This document shows, one piece after another, positions 28,269-35,453 of a DNA stretch of 40,029 nucleotides. Made by a program: the position numbers and the translations under genes. The DNA comes from a virus (taxonomy: Duplodnaviria; Caudoviricetes). Each line of letters begins with the position of its first letter. Within the stretch, counting starts at the first letter, position 1. The notes under the pieces were generated by a model. That model saw only the letters and a program-made list of their open reading frames with translations, searched no databases and was not told the origin of the DNA. The stretch lies in the IMG/VR virus record IMGVR_UViG_3300022670_000748, positions 1 through 40,029 of that record; one strand, given 5' to 3'.

Positions 28269-28297
28269 ATAGTATATAACAATTTACACTTTGTCAA
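28269..28297 (-). promoter_or_regulatory. Sigma70 promoter TTGACA-N17-TACTAT driving leader and terminase operon
   Basis: Family copy (cf. 22371, 32876, 37705). Confidence 0.7.
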
Positions 28298-28335
28298 GCC
28301 ATCATCTATATATACCAAACCCCTCATAAAAAAAG

Positions 28336-28352
28336 TGTTCAAAATTTGAACA
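28336..28352. promoter_or_regulatory. 17-bp palindromic operator TGTTCAAAATTTGAACA
   Basis: Identical to 6108 and 17786; between divergent late and early promoters. Confidence 0.7.
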
Positions 28353-28398
28353 TAATTAAGGCTTATCTATATATAGCACCAAACACTCCCTTAAATCT

Positions 28399-28513
28399 TG
28401 TTACAATTTGTTACAATTACTTTGACTTAGTACTTGACAATTAGTTAAGTTTTAGTTAATATGTAGTTAATCGCTTAATAGTTAAGCGATAAAAAATTAA
28501 ACAGGGAGTTTAA
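28399..28513 (+). promoter_or_regulatory. Early expression cassette A: TGTTACA repeats, TTGACA-N17-TAATAT, 5' hairpin, hairpin RBS
   Basis: Near-duplicate of 29287..29391. Confidence 0.75.
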
Positions 28514-28514
28514 A

Positions 28515-28940
28515 ATGAACGAAACAATCACAGAAAAATTCATTAGAGATGAAAAAGAAGAGTATGGCGACCAACATGTTCAAAATGGTGATAAAGAAAA
28601 ATGGTATATCAATAGAGCATTAGAGCATGCTTTAGAAAATAAAGATATTGAATTCTTGGCAGATCATAGAAATTTTAAAAGCATGCATGGCGAAGAATTG
28701 AGGTACAATATTGATCTTGAAGAAGCACTAGATACTTTGTATGTATTTTTCAACAATAGCACTGATAAAGATTTTTGTAAGATTGTCAAAGAATTACTAA
28801 TATATGAGCATATCATATTTAGAAGTCTTAATACACTTGCAGAAAATAAAGATAGTATTGAAACTAAAGTAGACTTTTTATTCAAAGAAAAAAACTATAC
28901 CAACAATTATTTGGAGCGTACTAAAAGATATCATGAATAA
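28515..28940 (+). CDS. Hypothetical protein, paralogue of 1411..1788
   Basis: Strong promoter and RBS; visible alignment to 1411..1788. Confidence 0.8.
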   Translation: MNETITEKFIRDEKEEYGDQHVQNGDKEKWYINRALEHALENKDIEFLADHRNFKSMHGEELRYNIDLEEALDTLYVFFNNSTDKDFCKIVKELLIYEHIIFRSLNTLAENKDSIETKVDFLFKEKNYTNNYLERTKRYHE

Positions 28941-29142
28941 TAATATTAAACAACTGCGGCTTGCCAAAAAGTTAAGTCAAAAACAGCTTGGCAAGTTGCT
29001 TGGAGTATCTAACGCTCATATTCATTTTTTAGAGCTTGGCAAACACAAGCCAAGTCGTAAATTGTTAAGTAAGATGAGCAATATTGACAATTTAAATATA
29101 GATATGTTGAGCGAGTCAAAACTAGATTTTTTATTAAAATGA
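28933..29142 (+). CDS. XRE/Cro-family HTH transcriptional regulator
   Basis: IKQLRLAKKLSQKQLGKLLGVS...I..LELGK..PS. Confidence 0.92.
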   Translation: MNNNIKQLRLAKKLSQKQLGKLLGVSNAHIHFLELGKHKPSRKLLSKMSNIDNLNIDMLSESKLDFLLK

Positions 29143-29315
29143 GAACAACAATGAACAATGAGCAAAGAGAATCGTTAAAGAACTATTGTGAGAATTGTCA
29201 TGCAGAGACAAACAGGCTTAGTTGTCCCGTTTGTTTTGAGCCTATTTTTCATTGCAATAGGGCAATAGAACATAACAATAATAATCTGTTACAAAGTGTT
29301 ACAAAGAACACTTGA
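29139..29315 (+). CDS. Small zinc-finger protein, 58 aa (not in ORF track)
   Basis: CENC-x8-CPVC; ATGA overlap with HTH stop. Confidence 0.55.
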   Translation: MRTTMNNEQRESLKNYCENCHAETNRLSCPVCFEPIFHCNRAIEHNNNNLLQSVTKNT

Positions 29316-29391
29316 CAATTAGTTAAGTATTAGTTAATATAGAGTTAAGATATTTAATGGTTAAGTATCTAAAATTAAACAGGGAGTTTAA
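29287..29391 (+). promoter_or_regulatory. Early expression cassette B
   Basis: TGTTACA repeats, TTGACA (29312)-N17-TAATAT, hairpin 29348..29370, TTAAAC-AGGGA-GTTTAA. Confidence 0.75.
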
Positions 29392-29392
29392 A

Positions 29393-29515
29393 ATGAACGA
29401 TTATATAAAAACAAATGGGTTAAATGGTCTTGAATTAGAAGAACACTGGGAGCCCAGCGGGGCTGATTGGGAATACCTCGACCGCGATGATGAAGTTTAT
29501 GGTGAGTTAAATTAA
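29393..29515 (+). CDS. Small acidic protein, 40 aa (not in ORF track)
   Basis: MNDYIKTNGLNGLELEEHWEPSGADWEYLDRDDEVYGELN*; same RBS as 28515. Confidence 0.65.
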   Translation: MNDYIKTNGLNGLELEEHWEPSGADWEYLDRDDEVYGELN

Positions 29516-29531
29516 AAAGGGAGTTTAAATT

Positions 29532-30050
29532 ATGAAAGAACTTACTAAAATCTTAGAAAATTTTAAGGATATTGAGTCTAAATGGGAAAATTGTGGTTTT
29601 AAATTAAACAGGGAGTTAAAAATGGTTAAGAAAATATCTAATAAATACGAAGAACTTGGCAAAATTCAATTAGAAGTATATAACAGTTATCATTTATTGC
29701 AGCAGACAGCGGCAAAATATGGTGAGGGTTCGGAGGCAGAGATAGCAGCTAGTAACAAGCATGCATCTTTTTGCAATAAGCGTGATCGTTTGCAGAATGC
29801 TTTGTTGTTTAATAAGGATTTTTCTCACTCTGAGAATGAAATTCGTTCTCAAAAATACAAAGAATTAGGAGAATTACAAATACGCACATGGATAGCTTGG
29901 AATATTTGGCAGACAGCATTGAAAGAAGATGGCAAAGACTCATCCCAAGAAAAAATTGCTAACAATAGATATATAAGTTATCGCAAGATGCATGATACTT
30001 TAGAAATGTCTTTGATGACAACTCATAGTGGAGATTTTAACGATGGCTGA
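29532..30050 (+). CDS. Hypothetical helical protein with internal duplication; alternative start at 29622
   Basis: Two repeats beginning S.KY.ELG..Q; second RBS cassette before in-frame ATG 29622. Confidence 0.75.
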   Translation: MKELTKILENFKDIESKWENCGFKLNRELKMVKKISNKYEELGKIQLEVYNSYHLLQQTAAKYGEGSEAEIAASNKHASFCNKRDRLQNALLFNKDFSHSENEIRSQKYKELGELQIRTWIAWNIWQTALKEDGKDSSQEKIANNRYISYRKMHDTLEMSLMTTHSGDFNDG

Positions 30051-30381
30051 TAGTGTAAGAATTGCTATAAAAAACAAGGGGGTATATAAGTCTATATACT
30101 CTCATTGGGGTTTTAAAGGCGAAATGATGCCAGAATTACGGCGTTATTTTTCTACTGAGCAAAAGGCAAAGGCGTTAATTGAAGGGGGTAATATCTCTGG
30201 TATATGGCACGGCATGGTTAGAAGTTATGCAACTATGATTTTCAAGCAAAAGTGGATAAAGATTAAACCAATTTATGATTTTTCATTAGAAAAGTTAATA
30301 AGGAGAATTGGTTATTTGGGCGGACATTATTTATATATATTTGATACTGAAAAAAATTACTGGGAGGTAATAAAGTTATGA
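30043..30381 (+). CDS. Hypothetical phage protein
   Basis: SIYSHWG...L...F....KAKALIEGGNIS...YLYIFD....W pattern; start at ATG 30043 after GGAG (ORF from 30028). Confidence 0.75.
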   Translation: MADSVRIAIKNKGVYKSIYSHWGFKGEMMPELRRYFSTEQKAKALIEGGNISGIWHGMVRSYATMIFKQKWIKIKPIYDFSLEKLIRRIGYLGGHYLYIFDTEKNYWEVIKL

Positions 30382-30833
30382 GTGAAAAAGCAGAAATTGA
30401 AAGAAAAGAAAATATTATAAAAAGTTTTAGAACAATATTGGAGTCAAAACAATATGCTTGGGTTAGTCAAGATCTAAAAAATACTTATGCAAGTAATTCT
30501 CTATTTGATTTGAGGAATGATTTGAATGCTTACAATGAGAAAGTAGAGAAAACAAATGTGTCTAAAAAAGTCCTTGGCATAATTGAGAACTGTTTAAAAG
30601 AAACATTATTTAAAATTAAAGAGCATGATATTGAATTTGATGGTGCGTTTTGTGAGGTTGATATTACTCTAGAGTCTCGCAATGACGGTGACAGCTCAGA
30701 TTTGAGCGAATTATATACAAGGATACAGCGGCATCTTGCAGATTTTAATTACCTACTCTATTTTGAAAATGCAAGGCAAATAAAACTAAGGATTACAGCT
30801 AGAGTAACAGATATTTTAAAATTAGGTAATTAA
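30378..30833 (+). CDS. Hypothetical protein, paralogue of 30837..31349
   Basis: GGAGGT RBS; shared GI.E.C.K.T.F.IK and ADF motifs. Confidence 0.75.
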   Translation: MSEKAEIERKENIIKSFRTILESKQYAWVSQDLKNTYASNSLFDLRNDLNAYNEKVEKTNVSKKVLGIIENCLKETLFKIKEHDIEFDGAFCEVDITLESRNDGDSSDLSELYTRIQRHLADFNYLLYFENARQIKLRITARVTDILKLGN

Positions 30834-30836
30834 ATT

Positions 30837-31349
30837 ATGAATGAAGACAAAGACAAAAGGCATCTTTTACTAGAAGCGTTTGAGAAAGAATTGGAACAGG
30901 AAGAGTACCCTCTTTTAACTCAATTTTCAATTAACCAGCTCGGTAGGGAGGCACTTAACAATTTAAAATCTGCTTTGCATAACCGCTCGAATAAAAGAGT
31001 AAAAGAAATCCCAACTACTAAATACTATCAAATAATGGGAATCCTTGAAGACTGTGCAAAAGCAACAGACTTTGAAATAAAAAAGTGTACTCTTGAAAAA
31101 AAGAGTTGGTATTATTATGAGGGAATTATAAATATTCGTTACAAACTTAATATACGGTCTAGACCTCTGCCAACTAAGGAAAGTGCGGATACGGGAGACT
31201 TTTTTGGTAAAATGTGGCTTAAATTTGCTGATTTTGACGGTTTTGTGATAGCTAATTTACCAGATAGTATAGAAGTTAAAGTAAAAATGAGGTTAAAAAA
31301 TGAAAGCGTTACTAATTATATTGATGATAATATTAATAATTCAAAATAG
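30837..31349 (+). CDS. Hypothetical protein, paralogue of 30378..30833
   Basis: Shared motifs with upstream gene. Confidence 0.75.
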   Translation: MNEDKDKRHLLLEAFEKELEQEEYPLLTQFSINQLGREALNNLKSALHNRSNKRVKEIPTTKYYQIMGILEDCAKATDFEIKKCTLEKKSWYYYEGIINIRYKLNIRSRPLPTKESADTGDFFGKMWLKFADFDGFVIANLPDSIEVKVKMRLKNESVTNYIDDNINNSK

Positions 31350-31415
31350 CAAAATGCGATCACAAATAGATATGATTATTACTAACACTACAATTATGAA
31401 AAATTGTAAGGTGAG

Positions 31416-31859
31416 TTGTTAATTATGAGAGATTATATATTTGATGACAACTTTAAGTCTCTGTTTCAAAGCAAAATTGCAATAGATTGCCGTTATTGTG
31501 GCAATAAAGCTTATTATACAGATAGTAAAGAAATATATGGTCGATCTCATGGCATGATATATTTTTGTGAGCCTTGTGATGCGTATGTGGGGGTTCACAA
31601 AGGCACTATTACGCCGCTTGGGATATTGGCAAAAAAAGATTTAAGGTTTCTAAGGGTGCAGGCTCACTTTTTATTTGATAAATTATGGCGAAAAAAGATG
31701 AAAAAGGACAAATGCAGTCAAGGGCAAGCAAGAAAATGTGGGTATCTCTGGCTAGCTAAAATGTTAGATATATCTCCAAAAGACTGCCATATTGCCTATT
31801 TTGATGATGATATATGCAATAAAGCTATAAAGATATGCAATACTCTAACAAAGCAATAG
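31416..31859 (+). CDS. DUF3268-like zinc-finger protein
   Basis: CRYCG...IYG...CEPCDAYVGVHKGT..PLG.LA...LR..AH..FD.LW...Y.WLA..L.I....CHIA.FD. Confidence 0.85.
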   Translation: MLIMRDYIFDDNFKSLFQSKIAIDCRYCGNKAYYTDSKEIYGRSHGMIYFCEPCDAYVGVHKGTITPLGILAKKDLRFLRVQAHFLFDKLWRKKMKKDKCSQGQARKCGYLWLAKMLDISPKDCHIAYFDDDICNKAIKICNTLTKQ

Positions 31860-32283
31860 CATCTGCCTCATTATCATCTTTGGGCTTATAACCAAGCTTT
31901 TCAACAGCAGCTATTACTTCGATTTTAGAAGCATTGCCTTTACCTTTGCCAGCAATAAACATCTTAATAGTACCCACTGGCACTGGCAATAATTCAATAT
32001 TGTATTTGTTAGCTAGCATAATAACTATGCCTTCAAAAAAACCATACAGATGAGCTGCGGCAGTTGCACCCCGCATATGAAACATGACTTTTTCATATGC
32101 TATTAAGTCTAAGCTTTCACAATCTTTTATCATTTTATCTACAAAGTGATAAAATTGTAAATATCGTTTGTACCTATATTTAGGTCGTTTTTCTAAGTAA
32201 TAAGTGCCAGAAACAACAGCTAAATCATTACATTTAACCGCAAATCCAGTCTTTATCCCAAGATCAAAACTTATTATAACCAT
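31825..32283 (-). CDS. RuvC-like Holliday junction resolvase
   Basis: SFDLGIKTGFA, IAYEKV, VGTIK..IAGKG.GNASK, DDNEADAIAL. Confidence 0.9.
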   Translation of the reverse strand: MVIISFDLGIKTGFAVKCNDLAVVSGTYYLEKRPKYRYKRYLQFYHFVDKMIKDCESLDLIAYEKVMFHMRGATAAAHLYGFFEGIVIMLANKYNIELLPVPVGTIKMFIAGKGKGNASKIEVIAAVEKLGYKPKDDNEADAIALLEYCISL

Positions 32284-32360
32284 GCTACGAAAACTCCTGT
32301 AAGACCCCTTTTAAGTTGGGCTATTTTGAGGGTGTAGCATGGGTTATATAGCATTTTAGT

Positions 32361-32843
32361 TTACAGAGCCATATTGTGATAATCAGGATTAGTATTTAAT
32401 GGCATAGCATCTAGTCTCAGCTTAATTTTATCAATTCTGGCTCTCATAACATTTATTAGCAAATTAGACTTTTTAGCTAAGTCTTCATCTATCTGCCAAA
32501 GCATGCTACAAAGACTTGCTTTCTCTTTGTCAATATAGTCTTGTAATATTGATATATCATAGCAATTAGCAACTTGATCGATACTCAAAGCATTAGCTGT
32601 TACAAACTGTATGTTTATTTTTTCAAGTTTATTGTCTTTTAAGTAATATCTGAAAAAGATGTTTTGGGTAAAGTAAGGTCTTATCACCTCAAGTGCTACT
32701 TCTAAATAACATTTAATGAAGGTTTGAGTGCCGCAACTACTAATATTGAATAAGTCTTTTAACTTAAAAGCATTGATGCTTATATCAGTATTAGCGTCGC
32801 CTACTCGAATTTTTAAGTAATTATAAAACTTCTCATATTGCAT
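32361..32843 (-). CDS. Putative winged-helix DNA-binding protein resembling the WH2 domain of Rep_3 initiators
   Basis: ISI...KLKDLFNI....F.K.YLEVALEVI...IFFRY..K.NKLEKINIQF pattern; own promoter; assignment by eye. Confidence 0.5.
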   Translation of the reverse strand: MQYEKFYNYLKIRVGDANTDISINAFKLKDLFNISSCGTQTFIKCYLEVALEVIRPYFTQNIFFRYYLKDNKLEKINIQFVTANALSIDQVANCYDISILQDYIDKEKASLCSMLWQIDEDLAKKSNLLINVMRARIDKIKLRLDAMPLNTNPDYHNMAL

Positions 32844-32875
32844 ATATTCACCTTTCTTACTTAACCTAAAGTAAT

Positions 32876-32904
32876 ATAGTATATGATAGTTTACAATTAG
32901 TCAA
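32876..32904 (-). promoter_or_regulatory. Sigma70 promoter TTGACT-N17-TACTAT (family copy)
   Basis: Spacer TGTAAACTATCATA identical to 37705 copy. Confidence 0.7.
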
Positions 32905-32967
32905 GTGCCATGATTATTCTTTTAATCAATTTAAACAAATTAAGTCTTGAAGTGTAACGGAGAGACC

Positions 32968-33192
32968 AACAACCGTAGGGCGTTAGTCTTAGTAATTAGT
33001 AACCATTTTTGTTATTACGCTTGTTTAAATACTTTTAAAAAGAAAAAAAGGCAATTTTAGAAACAGGTCTGGTTTGGCAGACACAGGGGTGGCGTTGACC
33101 ATCGCTTGTCTTAATTCGAAGAGACTATCTTTTTTAAGTCCATTGTAACTTTAAGCTTATTAGACTAAGAACTCTAACGCCCTACGGTTGTT
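32968..33192. repeat. 19-bp perfect inverted repeat AACAACCGTAGGGCGTTAG
   Basis: 32968..32986 versus 33174..33192; smaller hairpins between the arms. Confidence 0.85.
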
Positions 33193-33598
33193 TTCTCGTA
33201 CGCTATCGCTACCGAGACCCACTTTGTTAGTACGGATTTGATTTTATATTTTTCTTTTTTGTTGATTAGACCTCTAAAGCTATTTTCTTTTTGTTATATA
33301 CTTGCTTCACAAGAACAGTCGTGGTAAAATTGAAGATTCTCTTGCTTGCCTTGCGGCAAGATACTTGCTGCTATCGCAACAAGATAATATTTGATTTTAT
33401 CATATTTTCACCCAAAAGTAAATAGTTTCTTTGATTTAATTTGTAACAGTTTGTAACAAGATAATATATTCAATAACTTAGGTAATAAGTATTAGGTTTA
33501 GGTAGGGGTAAAATGGTCAATATACTTGCAAATATGGCAATAAACGGTGGTTGATAAGGGGTTCACTGTTTTGGTGGGATATAGGTGGGATATTAGAG

Positions 33599-33719
33599 TT
33601 ATTACTTCCAATCTAACAATTTGTTACTTCCGTGGGTTATACTTCAAACCCTCATGTCTGCAACAAACCTTTTAATTAAAATACAATTGTTACTTCTATT
33701 TTAGATAAGTTGTTACTTC
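33599..33719 (+). repeat. Iteron-like direct repeats TT(G/A)TTACTTC
   Basis: Copies at 33599, 33621, 33687 and 33710 (spacings 22, 66, 23). Confidence 0.6.
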
Positions 33720-33942
33720 CTTCTATATCAACTTGAGCTGTTGACTAGAATAGGTTATTATATAGTTTCTTAACCATATAAGTGGCAGGTGATTATTTTT
33801 TAAAATCTCACCGATCTTTTTTAGTAATTACTTGCCGTTTATTTTTGTTACATTCAGTTACAAATCAATTAAATAATATCTTTACTTGTAGTGTATGATA
33901 GTATACACTTATATATAATTTAAGTTAAAAAAGGTTGGGATA

Positions 33943-34149
33943 ATGGTTAACAGGTTTAAAGTTACAAGTATACATTTAACTGATAAGACTATTACGGTAG
34001 GGGTAAATGAAGTTAAAGAGATTGGTAAATGTAGATTTGAGGGATTTGATGGATTTGAGGTAAGACATTCCAATGGTTTGATACAGTTATACAATGATCG
34101 TTATATAATTGCATGTGAGGACAGCAGTAATGTTGAGGAGGTTAACTAA
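33943..34149 (+). CDS. Hypothetical protein, paralogue of 34150..34365
   Basis: Shared FK...I.LTD and GF.GFEV...G....YN.RYI. Confidence 0.75.
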   Translation: MVNRFKVTSIHLTDKTITVGVNEVKEIGKCRFEGFDGFEVRHSNGLIQLYNDRYIIACEDSSNVEEVN

Positions 34150-34365
34150 ATGTTACTAAGTAAAAACTTCAAAATTGTTGGAATAATTTTGACTGATGAT
34201 GGAGTCAAAAGCTGTATTATAGATGGTGAAATAAAATCAATATGTGAATTTAGCAATGGGTGTGGATTTAATGGTTTTGAAGTTTTGTATCATGATGGGC
34301 AGAGAGAAGTATATAATGAACGTTATATAACTAGAGTAGATTATAGGGAGATAAGTGATGACTAA
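34150..34365 (+). CDS. Hypothetical protein, paralogue of 33943..34149
   Basis: GAGGAGG RBS; shared motifs. Confidence 0.75.
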   Translation: MLLSKNFKIVGIILTDDGVKSCIIDGEIKSICEFSNGCGFNGFEVLYHDGQREVYNERYITRVDYREISDD

Positions 34366-34732
34366 AGATGAGATATATAAATTAGATAAAAAATTAGAAA
34401 TAGAACAAGAAGTTTTAACAAATAGAAGATATGACCTTAACTATGAATTAGAAGAAAGACATCAAAAAGAGAGAAAAGCTGGGGCTTTAAGGGCTCGTGA
34501 GGGATTTAATGGACTATTTGATAAACATAATATAAAGATTATATCTGTGGCTTGGACAAATTATCATTTTAAAGAGCAACCCTCATTATGTTTAGATATA
34601 AAATGTGAAGGTAAGTGGAAAGACTTGGGTGCACTTTTCGACTCGCTGAATGGTTTAATTTTTGCTCAGATCATAAAAGGTAAAGGAAAAGAAGTTGATA
34701 TAAATATGGAAATAAGTAATGAGGTTAAGTGA
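34355..34732 (+). CDS. Hypothetical protein, tandem paralogue family member 1
   Basis: MTKDEI start, coiled coil, FDKHNIK...CEG domain. Confidence 0.75.
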   Translation: MMTKDEIYKLDKKLEIEQEVLTNRRYDLNYELEERHQKERKAGALRAREGFNGLFDKHNIKIISVAWTNYHFKEQPSLCLDIKCEGKWKDLGALFDSLNGLIFAQIIKGKGKEVDINMEISNEVK

Positions 34733-35166
34733 TGACTAAAGATGAGATAATTGATAAATGGGAAGAATTAACCACTCCCGAATTGGGAATGCGGCTACAA
34801 GAATTAAGAAGGCAAGAAACTATACTTATTGATACGATAGACCAATTTAGTTTTGTGCTGAGGAATAGAAAAGATTTAAAGGAAAATATAGTTATTGCAG
34901 AGTTTCGAGATAAATACGAAAAAATATTGAATAAATATAATGTAAAGATTGCATCTTTTAATATGTGTATTTATTCAGATGAAGATTTTTCGTTGAATTT
35001 AAGATTGCAGGGTCAGTTGAATATGACCTCTCCGTCAACTCTTCTTAAAAACATTGCTGACGCTTTTGCTAGTGATTTTTTAGGTCGCATTATAAGTATT
35101 GAAACGATGAATTTGGAGCCGTCTCCTTATTGTGAGCTACTTGTACGAGGAAAAAGAAAGTTATGA
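34729..35166 (+). CDS. Hypothetical protein, tandem paralogue family member 2
   Basis: MTKDEI start, LNKYNVK...LQG domain. Confidence 0.75.
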   Translation: MMTKDEIIDKWEELTTPELGMRLQELRRQETILIDTIDQFSFVLRNRKDLKENIVIAEFRDKYEKILNKYNVKIASFNMCIYSDEDFSLNLRLQGQLNMTSPSTLLKNIADAFASDFLGRIISIETMNLEPSPYCELLVRGKRKL

Positions 35167-35453
35167 GTAAAGATGATGATCTAATGTGGACTAACCCTAA
35201 AATTTATTTTAAAGACTTTTTTGATAAACATAATGTTAAAGCAAGATTTGAGTATATAAGTTATGACGCTGAGGTAAGTGAGCAAACAGTTGTTCTTACT
35301 TGTACAGGTACTTTAGAGAATATTTTTTTTGGTTTATCTAGTATACCTAACGCATTAGCTTTTCGTATAACAAAGAATATATTCTCTAAAGATCAAATGA
35401 CAATAGAAATTACCTTTGATATCCTTGATAAGGAAAAAGAAAGTTATGAGTGA
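35163..35453 (+). CDS. Hypothetical protein, tandem paralogue family member 3
   Basis: FDKHNVK...CTGTLENIF. Confidence 0.75.
   Translation: MSKDDDLMWTNPKIYFKDFFDKHNVKARFEYISYDAEVSEQTVVLTCTGTLENIFFGLSSIPNALAFRITKNIFSKDQMTIEITFDILDKEKESYE

Noticed and set aside
33599-33719. CRISPR mini-array
   Set aside because: Repeats only about 10 bp with short irregular spacers; no cas genes
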